The notes under the pieces are model-generated. The model did no database searches and was not told the origin of the DNA. It saw nothing but the letters and a program-made list of their open reading frames with translations. DNA of 59,173 nucleotides from Candidatus Scatomorpha pullicola (GTDB lineage: Bacteria > Bacillota > Clostridia > Oscillospirales > Oscillospiraceae), in assembly GCA_018716545.1 (NCBI GenBank), contig DVJU01000110.1, positions 1 to 59,173 on the forward strand, read 5' to 3'. Of this stretch, positions 24,493 through 34,941 are shown one piece after another (the first letter of the stretch is position 1; each line of letters opens with the position of its first letter). A program made the translations under genes and the position numbers.

Positions 24493-24515
24493 GGGTGCCT
24501 CCAAACGTTCCGGGG

Positions 24516-25253
24516 TTATTTGGATATGATGACTATCGTGACGTTGTCCCTGGCTCCGCGCTCAAGCGTTTCGGCCATGAGCGCCCTGCCAAGCGACAAG
24601 GGGTCTGGGTTCCTGCGGTAAATTGCAAATATCTCCTTGTCCTCGAGCATATTTGTCAGTCCGTCCGAGCACAGCAGCAGCATTTCGCCGCGCTGAAGCT
24701 TGGGTGTAAATATGTCGCAGGGAACCAGCTCGTTCACGCCCAGCGCTCGCGTTATCACGTTCCTGCGCGGGTGCGTCCGCGCCTGCTCGGGCGTGAGTTC
24801 CCCCCTGTCAACCAGATCCTGAACCAGCGAATGATCCCGTGTGACCTGGGTCATGCGCTTTCGCGTCAGCTTGTAGCAGCGACTGTCCCCCACATTCAGC
24901 ACATACGCCGCGTCCCCGTAGATGACTGCGGAGACAAGCGTTGTACCCATACCGGTGTAGTCGGTGTCAAAGCAGGAATACGAGTAGATCATGTGGTTTG
25001 CCGTGTCGCAGGCGTCGGACATCATGGTCTTGATATCCGGCTTGCGCTTTTTGTTGGCGAGTATCTTTTCCCTCAGCCCGGCAATGTACGTCTTTGCGGC
25101 GAGGTCGCTGGCTATGTTGCCGGCCTTCTCACCGCCCATGCCGTCGCACAATACGGCTATGATGCACTCCTGCTCGTCAAGCCTCTCTATTAGGAAGCTG
25201 TCCTGGTTGTCCCTGCGCACAGCTCCCCTGTCTGTGATGCCAAAGCTGTTCAT
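24516..25253 (-). CDS. prpC: PP2C-family Ser/Thr phosphatase (Stp/PrpC)
   Basis: 'TDRGAVRRDNQDSF', 'DGMGG' and 'LLCSDGLT'. The start overlaps the rlmN stop (TAATG). Confidence 0.9.
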   Translation of the reverse strand: MNSFGITDRGAVRRDNQDSFLIERLDEQECIIAVLCDGMGGEKAGNIASDLAAKTYIAGLREKILANKKRKPDIKTMMSDACDTANHMIYSYSCFDTDYTGMGTTLVSAVIYGDAAYVLNVGDSRCYKLTRKRMTQVTRDHSLVQDLVDRGELTPEQARTHPRRNVITRALGVNELVPCDIFTPKLQRGEMLLLCSDGLTNMLEDKEIFAIYRRNPDPLSLGRALMAETLERGARDNVTIVIISK

Positions 25254-26311
25254 TAGCTCCCCGTTCCTGCGGCTGCGGCGTCCGCTGTCTTCTTTCTGAG
25301 CTGGCCGCACGAGGCGTCGATGTCGCCACCCAGCCTTCGTCTTACGGTCACGTTGACGCCCTCGCGCTCCAGAGCCTTGCGGAACGCGCTCAGGCGTTCG
25401 GGCGGAGTCGGCTCAAACGAGCGCTCGTCTACGTGGTTGAGCGGTATGAGATTCACGTGCGCATGTGCCCTTTTCGCGTGCTTGGCCAGCAGAGCCGCCT
25501 GCGCGGGCGAATCGTTCACACCATCTATCATTGCGTATTCAAAGGAGATGCGCCGCCCGGTGCGGTTGAAATACGCCTCGCACTCGTCTATGAGCTTCAC
25601 AACTCCCCTGCCCCTGTTCGCCGGCATTATCTTAGAGCGAGTCTCGTCGTCCGGCGCGTGCAGGGATACCGATAAAGTCAATTGTAAATTAAGTTCGGCC
25701 AGTTTGTCAAACTTTTCTGTGATTCCGCAGGTAGAAAGTGAAATGTGCCGCATTCCGATGTTCATGCCGTCCGGGTGGTTCACGAGCCTGAGGAACTTCA
25801 TGACGTTGTCGAAGTTGTCCAGCGGCTCGCCTATTCCCATGAGCACTATGTGCCCTATCTTCAAGCCCGACTCCTTCTCGGAGAACATGACCTCCTCCAG
25901 CATTTCGCCCGCGTCAAGGTTCCTGACCAGCCCGCCTATCGTGGACGCGCAGAAGGCGCAGCCCTGGCGGCAGCCGACCTGCGTGGAGATGCACACGCTG
26001 TTGCCGTAGTGATAGCGCATGACGACCGTCTCCACGGCGTTTCCGTCGCGCAGACCCCACAGGTACTTTATGGTGCCGTCCTCGGCCGAGACCTGCTTGC
26101 GCTCCACCTGCGGCGCGCCCAAATAGAAGCGCTCAGCCAGCGCGGCGCGCAGCTGCTTGGGGAGGTTGGACATCTCGTCATAGCTCTCCACACCGCGCGT
26201 GAGCCACTCAAACACCTGCCTGGCTCTGTAGGCGGGCTGACCCATGGCCTTAAGCTCGGCGGATATCTCCTCCGGCAGAAGCGATCTTATGTTGATTTTA
26301 CCATCCTGCAT
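25253..26311 (-). CDS. rlmN: 23S rRNA/tRNA (adenine-C2)-methyltransferase RlmN (radical SAM)
   Basis: 'QVGCRQGCAFCAS' radical-SAM cluster and the C-terminal 'DIDASCGQL'. Confidence 0.95.
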   Translation of the reverse strand: MQDGKINIRSLLPEEISAELKAMGQPAYRARQVFEWLTRGVESYDEMSNLPKQLRAALAERFYLGAPQVERKQVSAEDGTIKYLWGLRDGNAVETVVMRYHYGNSVCISTQVGCRQGCAFCASTIGGLVRNLDAGEMLEEVMFSEKESGLKIGHIVLMGIGEPLDNFDNVMKFLRLVNHPDGMNIGMRHISLSTCGITEKFDKLAELNLQLTLSVSLHAPDDETRSKIMPANRGRGVVKLIDECEAYFNRTGRRISFEYAMIDGVNDSPAQAALLAKHAKRAHAHVNLIPLNHVDERSFEPTPPERLSAFRKALEREGVNVTVRRRLGGDIDASCGQLRKKTADAAAAGTGS

Positions 26312-27570
26312 ATGAAAAATCCGTCCGTTTTGTCAGTGTCCGGCCAGAGTGTGCGCTCCTCCGCCACGGTGAACTCACCGTGCTCGCCGAGGAAGGCGGC
26401 GGCGACGTCTTCGTTTTCGCGCGCGAGCAGCGTACAGGTCGAGTATAAAAGCGTACCTCCGGGCTTGACGCACCCGGCCATGGCGCGCAGTATGCCGAGC
26501 TGTATCTCCGGCAGCGGTGCTATCTCCGCCCGGCTCTTGAAGCGTATCTCGGCCTTCCGTCGTATCACGCCGAAGCCGGAGCAGGGCGCGTCAGCTATTA
26601 CGACGTCAAACACCTCGTGAAGTTCCTCAGACGGTGCTCTGGCGTCCATGGCGCGCGTATCTATCATGTCTATGCCCAGACGCGCGGCGCCCTCGCAGAC
26701 GCGCCTGAGGCGCTTCTCCTTGAGGTCGCAGGCGAGTATCCGCCCCTCGCCGCGCATGAGCATGGCGGCGGCGAAGCTCTTGCCGCCCGGGGCGCTGCAC
26801 GCGTCCAGGACGCTCATGCCGGGCTTGAGCCCTATGCTCTCCACCGCCATGCGCGCCGCCGCGTCCTGCACGTAGAACAGTCCGCCGGCGTATCCGGGTA
26901 TGCGCTCCACGCTGCCCGCACCGGCCAGGTCGAACGAGCCGGCGCAAAGCCCGCTCCCAAACCTGTACCCGGCCTCGGAGAGCGCGGCCGCAAGCGCGTC
27001 GGGCGTGGTCTTGAGCGTGTTGGTCTGTATCGTGAGCGGAGGCTCGGCATTGTTGGCCGCGAGCAGAGCCTCGGCTCCGTCATACCCCCTGCGGGACACA
27101 AGCTCCCGCACCAGCCACAGCGGATGGCTGTAGCGCGTGCTGAGATATTCGGCGGCGCCTGCGCCCGGAACAGGCGGTATGCTGTCACGGTTCTCGGCAA
27201 TTCGGCGCAGCACGCCGTTTACAAGCCCCGCGGCGCGAGCCTTGCCACGCTCGCGGCAGAGGTTCACGCCCTCGTTCACCGCGGCGCTGGCGGGCACCCG
27301 GTCAAGGAACAGGAGCTGCGCGGCGGATATCCTGAGGATGTCCAGCACAGTCCGCTCCAGCTTCTTCACCGGAGTTGAGCACCAGAGGCCTATTACATAG
27401 TCTATATACGTCAGATTCTGGACCGTGGAGCGCACTATGCGCTGGCACAGCGCGGCGTCGCGCGGCTCCAGCTTCGCCGCGTGTACGGCGGCGTCAAGAG
27501 CGTCGCTTGAAAACGTGCCGCGGCGCAGCATGTTCATGGCGTCCAGCGCGGCGAGCCTGGCGCTGCTCAT
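26287..27570 (-). CDS. rsmB: 16S rRNA (cytosine967-C5)-methyltransferase RsmB
   Basis: NusB-like N-terminus, 'DACSAPGGKS', 'DAPCSGFG' and 'YSTCT'. Confidence 0.9.
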   Translation of the reverse strand: MSSARLAALDAMNMLRRGTFSSDALDAAVHAAKLEPRDAALCQRIVRSTVQNLTYIDYVIGLWCSTPVKKLERTVLDILRISAAQLLFLDRVPASAAVNEGVNLCRERGKARAAGLVNGVLRRIAENRDSIPPVPGAGAAEYLSTRYSHPLWLVRELVSRRGYDGAEALLAANNAEPPLTIQTNTLKTTPDALAAALSEAGYRFGSGLCAGSFDLAGAGSVERIPGYAGGLFYVQDAAARMAVESIGLKPGMSVLDACSAPGGKSFAAAMLMRGEGRILACDLKEKRLRRVCEGAARLGIDMIDTRAMDARAPSEELHEVFDVVIADAPCSGFGVIRRKAEIRFKSRAEIAPLPEIQLGILRAMAGCVKPGGTLLYSTCTLLARENEDVAAAFLGEHGEFTVAEERTLWPDTDKTDGFFICRMVKST

Positions 27571-28487
27571 GACACGCTCACCGGGTGGCCGATAAGATAG
27601 TCGTGCGCGCTCATGCGCTTCTTGCCCGGAGCCTGAAGCTCGGTTATCATGACGGTCTTGCCGCCGCCGCAGGCGACTTCAAGCCCGGCCTTTCCGGCGC
27701 TCACCACGCTGCCCGGAGCCTTGTCCGTGGCCGTATCGGTATAGCGAGCCATGTACACCTTCATCGTCTCGCCGTTAAGCTCCATGGTGGCCACGGGCCA
27801 GGGATTGAGTCCGCAGATGTGCTTGACTATCTCTCGCGGGGACTTCTCCCAGTCTATCGGGCAAATGCTCTTGTCCAGCTGTCCCACATAGGAGGCCTCG
27901 GCGTGGTTCTGCGCCTCGCGCGGAGCCGAGCCGTCCTCAATGGCGCCGAGCGTCTTCACAAGGAGCTTGGCGCCCATCGCGGCCAGGCGGTCGAACAACT
28001 CGCCCGCCGTCTCATATTCGCCGACGGCAGTGGCCTCGCGGAATATGACGTCGCCCGCGTCCATGTCGTGGGCGAGGTACATCGTGGTGACGCCCGCGTA
28101 CTCGTCGCCGTTGAGCACCGACCACTGTATCGGCGCGGCGCCGCGGTATCTGGGCAGGAGCGAGCCGTGGACGTTTACCGCGCCGTATTTGGGCACGGCC
28201 AGCAGCTCGTCCGGCAGTATCTTGCCGTATGCGACCACGCAGAGTATGTCAGGCGCGAGCGAGCGCATAAGCTCCAGCGCCTCGGGCGTGCGCACGCTGG
28301 CGGGCTGGTAGACCTCCAGGCCGTTTGCCAGCGCCAGCTGCTTTGTCTCACAGGGCGCGAGCTTCATGCCGCGACCCTTGGGCTTGTCCGGCTGGGTAAA
28401 GACGCCCGCGATCTCGTATCCGGCGTCTATCACAGCCTGGAGCGACGCAGCTGCGAAGTCCGGCGTACCCATGAATACGACACGCAT
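27567..28487 (-). CDS. fmt: Methionyl-tRNA formyltransferase
   Basis: 'MRVVFMGTPDFA' and 'NVHGSLLPRYRGAAPIQW'. ATG at 28487; the longest ORF has a TTG at 28493. Confidence 0.95.
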   Translation of the reverse strand: MRVVFMGTPDFAAASLQAVIDAGYEIAGVFTQPDKPKGRGMKLAPCETKQLALANGLEVYQPASVRTPEALELMRSLAPDILCVVAYGKILPDELLAVPKYGAVNVHGSLLPRYRGAAPIQWSVLNGDEYAGVTTMYLAHDMDAGDVIFREATAVGEYETAGELFDRLAAMGAKLLVKTLGAIEDGSAPREAQNHAEASYVGQLDKSICPIDWEKSPREIVKHICGLNPWPVATMELNGETMKVYMARYTDTATDKAPGSVVSAGKAGLEVACGGGKTVMITELQAPGKKRMSAHDYLIGHPVSVS

Positions 28488-28489
28488 AC

Positions 28490-29008
28490 TCAAGCGTTCT
28501 CCACCTCGTCCCTCCAGCTTCCGGTCTCCAGCTCCTCGTCGGTGAGCATACGCCGTGCGAGGCTGGTGAAGACCACGCCCTCAAGGTGATCCAGCTCGTG
28601 GCAGAAGGCTCGCGCGGTCAGCTCGTGGCCGGAGACCTCGAAGGTGTTGCCGTTCCTGTCCTGCGCGCGGACCGTGACGTCCATCGGGCGCTCCACAAGG
28701 CCGAAGCGGCCGGGCACTGAGAGGCAGCCCTCCGGGCCGTCCTGCTCGCCCTCGCGGGAGATGATCTCGGGGTTCACAAGCTCGATGATATACGGCTCCG
28801 TGCCCTCGGGGACGTTGGTCTCAAGCACGAGCACAACGCGGCGCAGCACACCGACCTGCGGCGCGGCCAGACCCAAGCCGTCAGAATCGATGAGGGTCTC
28901 GCGCATATCGTCGATAAGCTGATGGAGTCTTTCGTCAAAGTTAGTGACCGGACGGCAGCGCTTGTGCAGCACGCTGTCGCCTTCGAGCACTATTGTTCTC
29001 AATGCCAT
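28490..29008 (-). CDS. def: Peptide deformylase
   Basis: 'GLAAPQVG', 'EGCLSVPG' and 'HELDHLEG' motifs. Confidence 0.95.
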   Translation of the reverse strand: MALRTIVLEGDSVLHKRCRPVTNFDERLHQLIDDMRETLIDSDGLGLAAPQVGVLRRVVLVLETNVPEGTEPYIIELVNPEIISREGEQDGPEGCLSVPGRFGLVERPMDVTVRAQDRNGNTFEVSGHELTARAFCHELDHLEGVVFTSLARRMLTDEELETGSWRDEVENA

Positions 29009-29019
29009 TGTTCTGCCTC

Positions 29020-31266
29020 CTAATCCGACGGATTTGTATCCGCATATACCGCCGCGCCTCTCCAGCGCTTGTCGGCGGAAAAACGTGTGACCGTGTCCGC
29101 CACAAGCCTGCGCATACCGCTGCCGGGCGCGGCGCAGAGGGTGACGCGGTACCTGTAGTTGTTGTTGACCTTCAAAATGGAGAGCGGCGCGGGGCCGAGC
29201 ACCCTTGTTCCGGACTCTCTCCGCGTCGAAAACGCAAGCTCGGAGCGTATGTGGGACGCGCAGTCGAGGACGAGCGTCTCGTTCATGCCGGAGACGGTAA
29301 TGCTCAGCAGCTCGGTGAACGGCGGCAGCAGCTGGAGCCGCCTGAGCTCTATCTCGCTTTTGAAAAAGCTCTCGTAGTCCTGGTTCGCCGCCTGGACGAT
29401 AGTCTCGTTGAGCGGCGTATAGGTCTGGATTATCGCCCGCCCCGGCTTTTCAAACCGTCCGGAGCGGCCGATGACCTGCGTTATAAGCGAAAACGTCCGC
29501 TCGCTGGCGCGGTAATCTCCGGCGTACAGCCCCTGGTCGGCGCAGATGACGCCCACCAGAGTGACGTTTTCAAAGTTCAAACCCTTGGTCACCATCTGAG
29601 TGCCGACCATGATGGGTATTTTTTCGACCCTGAAGCGCTCCAGCAGCTTGTCGTGGCCTCCGGCGCCTGAGACGGTGTCGGTGTCCATGCGCAGGATGTC
29701 CACGCCGGGGAACAGCTCCGTCAGCTCCTCCTCGACCTTCTGCGTGCCCGCGCCGACGAACTTGAACGTGCCGCCGCACTCCGGGCAGCGCTCGTCCAAC
29801 GGGCGGCTGTAGCCGCACTGGTGGCACATCAGCTTGCGTCCGTAGCTGTGGAAGGTGAGACTCACCGAGCAGTTCGGGCAGCGGTAGGTGTAGCCGCACT
29901 CCACGCAGGTGACCAGCTTGTTCGCGCCGCGGCGGTTTATGAACAGTATGCTCTGCTCGCCGCGCTCGATGTTGCCCGCAAGCTCCTCGCGCAGCCGCTC
30001 GCTTATGGAGCCGCCGTTGCCGCGGCGAAGCTCGCGCTTCAAGTCCACTATCTCGACCGATGGCAGCGCGCGCTCGTTGTACCGCCCCGGGAGCGTGAAG
30101 TAGCCGTAGCGGCCGGCCTCGGCGTAATACCGGCTCTCCACGTCGGGCGTGGCCGAGCCGAGCAGCAGCAGGGCGTTGTCCTTGGCGCAGCGATACTTAG
30201 CGACGTCTCGGGCGTGGTAGCGGGGCGCGTTCTCGCTCTTGTAAGTGTCCTCCTGCTCCTCGTCTATGATTATGAGGCCGAGGTCGGCTACGGGCGCGAA
30301 CACCGCGCTGCGCGTACCTATCACGACGCCGGCGTCGCCGTTTTTTATCCTGCGCCACTCGTCATAGCGCTCCCCTGCCGACAGGCTGGAGTGCAGCACG
30401 GCTATGTCGTCACCAAAGTGCGCCGTGAAGGTGCGCAGCATCTGCGGCGTGAGCGCGATCTCCGGTACCAGCAGTATGCAGCTGCGGCCCTTGGCGCGCT
30501 GCTCCGCTATGAGCCGGATGTATATGGTCGTCTTTCCGGAGCCGGTCACGCCGAACAGCAGCGCAGCTCCGGCCTTTTTGCCGTCGGCCAGGGCGGATAT
30601 GCCCTCATAGGCGGCGCGCTGGCTCTCATTCAGCTCGGGCAGGGCGGCGGGTTCAACGTCCACCTCCGGGCGGCGAAAGACCTCCTCGTCGGCGAGGCGG
30701 ATGAACCCCGCGCTCACAAGCGCGTTCAAGCTTTGCCGGGACGCGCCGGTGAATTCAAGCAGCTCCGGAACGGAGGCTCGCCCTATTGAGCAGAGCGTGG
30801 CGAGTATCTCCGACTGCAGCGGCGCGCGGCGGCGCTTGCGCGCTGCCGCCTCGGCGGCCTCCTCGGCGGGGACGTCCAGCTCCGCCATCGTGACGTATTT
30901 CTCGCTTACGCGGCGTTTGCCGCCCTTGAACCACAGTCCGGCGGGCAGCATGGCCTTGACGGACTCGTAGACTGTGCAGAAGAACCGCTCGTGCATCCAC
31001 ATGGCCAGGCTGAGCAGCTTGGCGTCCAGCACTGGTTCCTCGTCCAACACCGCTGCCACGGGCTTGAGCCGTTCAAACGCGCTGCCCTCGGACAGAGCCA
31101 GCACTATGCCCTCCGTCCGGCGGTTGGCGTTTGTGAACGGCACTTCGACGCGCGCTCCTGGGACGACTTTGCCCGCAAGGCTCTCCGGTATGCTGTAATC
31201 ATAGGGCTTGTCCAGCCTGTACGGCACGCCGGAGACGGCTATTCTGGCCACATTCATCCCGGACAT
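29020..31266 (-). CDS. priA: Primosomal replication restart helicase PriA
   Basis: Walker A 'GVTGSGKT', 'DEEQE' and the Cys-rich zinc region 'CVECGYTYRCPNCS...CHQCG...CPECG'. The start is uncertain (ATG at 31266 or 31257). Confidence 0.9.
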   Translation of the reverse strand: MSGMNVARIAVSGVPYRLDKPYDYSIPESLAGKVVPGARVEVPFTNANRRTEGIVLALSEGSAFERLKPVAAVLDEEPVLDAKLLSLAMWMHERFFCTVYESVKAMLPAGLWFKGGKRRVSEKYVTMAELDVPAEEAAEAAARKRRRAPLQSEILATLCSIGRASVPELLEFTGASRQSLNALVSAGFIRLADEEVFRRPEVDVEPAALPELNESQRAAYEGISALADGKKAGAALLFGVTGSGKTTIYIRLIAEQRAKGRSCILLVPEIALTPQMLRTFTAHFGDDIAVLHSSLSAGERYDEWRRIKNGDAGVVIGTRSAVFAPVADLGLIIIDEEQEDTYKSENAPRYHARDVAKYRCAKDNALLLLGSATPDVESRYYAEAGRYGYFTLPGRYNERALPSVEIVDLKRELRRGNGGSISERLREELAGNIERGEQSILFINRRGANKLVTCVECGYTYRCPNCSVSLTFHSYGRKLMCHQCGYSRPLDERCPECGGTFKFVGAGTQKVEEELTELFPGVDILRMDTDTVSGAGGHDKLLERFRVEKIPIMVGTQMVTKGLNFENVTLVGVICADQGLYAGDYRASERTFSLITQVIGRSGRFEKPGRAIIQTYTPLNETIVQAANQDYESFFKSEIELRRLQLLPPFTELLSITVSGMNETLVLDCASHIRSELAFSTRRESGTRVLGPAPLSILKVNNNYRYRVTLCAAPGSGMRRLVADTVTRFSADKRWRGAAVYADTNPSD

Positions 31267-31308
31267 AAGCAAGTCAATACGCGCAAAAGGGCAGTGGCGG
31301 CTGAGCCG

Positions 31309-31506
31309 TCACTGCTCCTCCTTGACTTTCAGCTTGCCGGTGTAAACCTCGTCAACGGCGATGGAGATGGCCTTGCGGTCAAGGGGTTCGCCCTCTTCCT
31401 CGGCCTTCTGCGAGATCTCCCTGGCGCGGCGGGAGACGAGATTCACAAGCAGATAGCGGCTGCCGACTTTGTCGACGAGGTCGGACATGGGGGGATAGAG
31501 CATCAT
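31309..31506 (-). CDS. rpoZ: DNA-directed RNA polymerase subunit omega
   Basis: 'SRYLLVNLVSRRAREI' motif. The ATG overlaps the gmk stop. Confidence 0.85.
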   Translation of the reverse strand: MMLYPPMSDLVDKVGSRYLLVNLVSRRAREISQKAEEEGEPLDRKAISIAVDEVYTGKLKVKEEQ

Positions 31507-32123
31507 GATATAAGCACCTCTGTTACAAGATTTAGTCTGTCTGCCGCCTTGCATTTTTCCGCGGTGAGTATCGCGTTGACTTCCCTCGCGGCGGCGTCGG
31601 GGTCGTCGTTTATGACTATATAGCCGTACTTCCCTGCCTCGGCGCACTCGCGCTTGGCCTGGAGAAGACGTTCACGGATTTTTTCGTCCGAATCGGTGTT
31701 GCGGTGGCGCAGCCGGCGCTCAAGCTCCTCGCCGCTCGGCGGGAGGATGAACACGGTGACCGCGTCCGGGCAGTTTCGGACAATCTGGCTTGCGCCCTGC
31801 ACCTCTATGTCGAGTATGACGCTCTTGCCCTCAAGCTGGCGCTGCTCCACATAGCCGCGCGGCGTGCCGTAGTAGTTGCCCACATACTCCGCGTGCTCCA
31901 GCAGGTAGCCGTCCTCCACAAGCTCCTGGAAGCGCTGCGGACTGACGAAGAAGTAGTCTATGCCGTCCTCCTCGCCCGGCCTGGGGGCGCGCGTGGTGAC
32001 CGACACTGAGAAGCACAGGTCTTCACGCTGCTCCATCAGCCGGCCGATGACCGTGCTCTTGCCCGCCCCCGAGGGGCCGGAGATCACGAGCAGCTTGCCC
32101 TTTTCATGTGACTTCATCGGCAT
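31503..32123 (-). CDS. gmk: Guanylate kinase
   Basis: '[11 protein letters not shown]' and '[18 protein letters not shown]'. ATG at 32123 follows GGAGGGAG. Confidence 0.95.
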   Translation of the reverse strand: MPMKSHEKGKLLVISGPSGAGKSTVIGRLMEQREDLCFSVSVTTRAPRPGEEDGIDYFFVSPQRFQELVEDGYLLEHAEYVGNYYGTPRGYVEQRQLEGKSVILDIEVQGASQIVRNCPDAVTVFILPPSGEELERRLRHRNTDSDEKIRERLLQAKRECAEAGKYGYIVINDDPDAAAREVNAILTAEKCKAADRLNLVTEVLIS

Positions 32124-32370
32124 AGTCTCCCTCCACATTATACCCCAGACGTTCGGCCACAGTCTCGCTGGTCAGCGCCGAGAGTATGATATATCCCCCG
32201 TCCGTCACGAGGATGGAGCGCGTTTTGCGTCCATAGCTGGCGTCGATCAGGCTTCCGCGCTCGCGCGCGTCCTGAACCATGCGCTTTATAGGCGCCGAAT
32301 CAGGACTCAGAACGCTGACAAGCCGATCGGCCGAAATAAAGCTTCCAAAGCCTATGTTGATCAGCGCCAT
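32104..32370 (-). CDS. remA: RemA/DUF370 regulatory protein
   Basis: '[28 protein letters not shown]...' is a highly conserved family sequence. Confidence 0.85.
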   Translation of the reverse strand: MALINIGFGSFISADRLVSVLSPDSAPIKRMVQDARERGSLIDASYGRKTRSILVTDGGYIILSALTSETVAERLGYNVEGDYADEVT

Positions 32371-32373
32371 GCG

Positions 32374-33252
32374 TCACTCCACATTCTGAATCTGCTCGCG
32401 GATCTTCTCTATCTCGGCCTTCAGATCCACGACCACACGGGCTATGTCCGCGCTCTGGCACTTGGAGCCGATGGTGTTCGACTCGCGGTTGAGCTCCTGG
32501 ATCAGGAAGTCCATCTTGCGGCCTATCGGAGATTCGCCGCTGGCCATGGTCTTGAGCTGGGAGAGGTGGCTGCGCAGCCTTACCGTCTCCTCGTCCACCG
32601 CCACGCGGTCGGCGAAGATGGCGCACTCCGTGAGTATACGTGAGTCGTCAACCGACATTCCGTCCAGCGTCTCGCGCAGCTTCTGCTCCAGCCTGGCGCG
32701 GTATTCCGCAACGGTCTGCGGCGCGCGCTCCTCCACGATGCCGGTGAGGCGTCCTATTTCCTCGATACGGCCGAGCACGTCGTTCCTGAGCTTTTCGCCC
32801 TCGCGCTCGCGCATGGCGTCGTAGCCGGCCAGCGCTTCTTCAAGTATGGCGAGCAGTCCGGCGGTAAGCTCGTCGCTGTCCAGCTCGCGCCGCTCGGTGC
32901 TGAGCACATCGGGCATACGGCACAGGGACATGAGGCTCATGTCGTCCGTAAGTCCGTATTTGTCCCTGACCTCGCTCAGCGCGGAGATGTATCCGCGCAG
33001 CAGCGGCTCGTTCACGCGAACCTCGGTGCTGTCGCTCTGGCTGGCGTCTGCGGTTATGAAGACGTCGACCTTGCCGCGCGTGATGTGCTTGGCCACCGCG
33101 CTCCTCACAGGCTCCTCCGCAAACATCAGCGTGCGCGGGAGCTTGACCGAGACGTCGAGATAGCGGTTATTCACGCTTTTCAGCTCGATGCTCAGAATCA
33201 GCCCCGCAGCGCTGCCCTTGGCAGAGCCGTATCCGGTCATGCTTTTTATCAT
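32374..33252 (-). CDS. yicC: YicC/YloC-family endoribonuclease
   Basis: 'MIKSMTGYG', 'SVNNRYLD' and the C-terminal 'NRESNTIGSK...EIEKIREQIQNVE'. Confidence 0.85.
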   Translation of the reverse strand: MIKSMTGYGSAKGSAAGLILSIELKSVNNRYLDVSVKLPRTLMFAEEPVRSAVAKHITRGKVDVFITADASQSDSTEVRVNEPLLRGYISALSEVRDKYGLTDDMSLMSLCRMPDVLSTERRELDSDELTAGLLAILEEALAGYDAMREREGEKLRNDVLGRIEEIGRLTGIVEERAPQTVAEYRARLEQKLRETLDGMSVDDSRILTECAIFADRVAVDEETVRLRSHLSQLKTMASGESPIGRKMDFLIQELNRESNTIGSKCQSADIARVVVDLKAEIEKIREQIQNVE

Positions 33253-33253
33253 A

Positions 33254-33673
33254 TCACGCCGCCTCGTGTCCGACTACGCTGATTATGTCGTAGGTGATGG
33301 GATTCTTTTTGTGCCTGCGCCCGACTATGACCACTATCAGCAGGCCGACGGCGAAGGCCGCGAAGCTCATGACCATGCACAGACCCTCGCTCAGGCTCAT
33401 GGCGGCGGCAATGGCGTAGCCGATGAAGAACAGTATGAACGGCACCACGTACACCAGCACGGCCGCGCCGAGCACGCGCGAGGTGCGCGCCTCGATCTCC
33501 ACACGGTCGCCGAGCTGGGCGCCTATCTCGTTTTTGGCCTCCACGCGTATCTTGCTGGCATAATGGCAGACTTCGCAGCTGCCGCAGTCATCGCCGCAGG
33601 CGGTGCCACGGAGCACTTCTACCTCTGCCTTGTCCGGAGCGGTCAGCTTTTTTATGATTGCAAACTGAGTCAT
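33254..33673 (-). CDS. RseC/SoxR-reducing-system family membrane protein
   Basis: N-terminal Cys cluster 'CGDDCGSCEVC' followed by two TM helices. Confidence 0.65.
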   Translation of the reverse strand: MTQFAIIKKLTAPDKAEVEVLRGTACGDDCGSCEVCHYASKIRVEAKNEIGAQLGDRVEIEARTSRVLGAAVLVYVVPFILFFIGYAIAAAMSLSEGLCMVMSFAAFAVGLLIVVIVGRRHKKNPITYDIISVVGHEAA

Positions 33674-33690
33674 AACATGCCTCCTGTTTT

Positions 33691-34941
33691 TTATGCTCTC
33701 GTAACGTTGAACGTCAGCCTGTATGTTCCCACTGCGCCGGCGTTTGTGAAGCCGTCCACACGTATCTCGACGTTAGACGTGTCCATAGTGCCCGTGGCAG
33801 TCGTATTTGACAGGTCTGCCACCGCGCGCAGGTTGGACGAGCTGAGGCTGTCAAGCACTTCGCTTGTAGCGCGTATGCGGACGGTGAGCGAGTGCGTCAC
33901 AAGCTCCGCCTGGTATTCCTCCGGAAGTCCCGTGTAGCTTATGTTCGTGACCGTGTAGCTCCTGACCTCCAGGCCGGTGATCTCTACCGTGACGTGTACG
34001 GATTCGATGCCGGAGATGTTCTCTACGTTGTTCGGCAGCGCTATCGGGAGGTCGTACTCGTTGGTCAGCTCGAACTCGGTGAGGTCGATGGGGCCGACCT
34101 CTATCCTGTTGATGCCGTCAAGCTCCGACGCGTCGCCGGCGATGGTGATTGTCTGTACGTCCGGCGTGATTATCGTGTTTTCGCGGGTCGCCCCGGCGCC
34201 CTCTATGAGCGTCACGTAGATCGGGACTTCCTTGATCACGCTGACAGGTATTGTGACGGAGATCGTGCTCACGTCGAATTCAAGGCCGTCCTTGTCCAGC
34301 ACGTTGCCGTCCGCGTCGACTATGTCGAAGTTGGCGTCGACCGTGCGCGTCTCGGTCAGATTGTCTATGGTTACCTCGGCGTAAACGTGATCGATGCTCT
34401 CCAGCTCTGTGAGCGGGCCGCTGACAGTGACGGTAGTCGGCTCGTATTCCAGGTCTCCGAGCAAGTAGCCTTCCGCCACGCTGCCCTTGAACTGCACCTC
34501 TACCGGCACCTGCTTGCTGTCCATCCTGGTGACCTGGAAGCCCACGGTCGAGGGAGACCGGTTGGTCACCGTGACTGCGCTTGCGTCGACGCTGTCAGGG
34601 AAAGTGAGAGTGTAGCTGACGTTGTAGACGCTTGTGCTTGTGATATTCGTGACGTTTATTACGGCCTTCACGTCGTCGGCCGTCAGGCGCCCGATGTTGA
34701 GCCTTGTCCCGCTGATGGTCACGTCGACCGTCAGATCGCTGACGTCTGTGATAACCAGCCCGCGCTGGGATTGCAGCGTGTCCTCGCCGGTGAACACGAC
34801 CTCGACGCCGTTGAGGTCGCGGGATATGACCTCCTCCTGCGTGCCGGTCATGTAGACCCATATGAACAGCGACGCTATGAGCGATATCACTGCCCAGAAT
34901 ATTTTGTTGTTTAAAAGCTTACTTATTTTCTTCTTTGTCAT
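33691..34941 (-). CDS. cdaR: CdaA regulator CdaR (YbbR-domain repeats)
   Basis: N-terminal TM segment and repeated beta-rich YbbR-like modules. The start overlaps the end of cdaA. Confidence 0.8.
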   Translation of the reverse strand: MTKKKISKLLNNKIFWAVISLIASLFIWVYMTGTQEEVISRDLNGVEVVFTGEDTLQSQRGLVITDVSDLTVDVTISGTRLNIGRLTADDVKAVINVTNITSTSVYNVSYTLTFPDSVDASAVTVTNRSPSTVGFQVTRMDSKQVPVEVQFKGSVAEGYLLGDLEYEPTTVTVSGPLTELESIDHVYAEVTIDNLTETRTVDANFDIVDADGNVLDKDGLEFDVSTISVTIPVSVIKEVPIYVTLIEGAGATRENTIITPDVQTITIAGDASELDGINRIEVGPIDLTEFELTNEYDLPIALPNNVENISGIESVHVTVEITGLEVRSYTVTNISYTGLPEEYQAELVTHSLTVRIRATSEVLDSLSSSNLRAVADLSNTTATGTMDTSNVEIRVDGFTNAGAVGTYRLTFNVTRA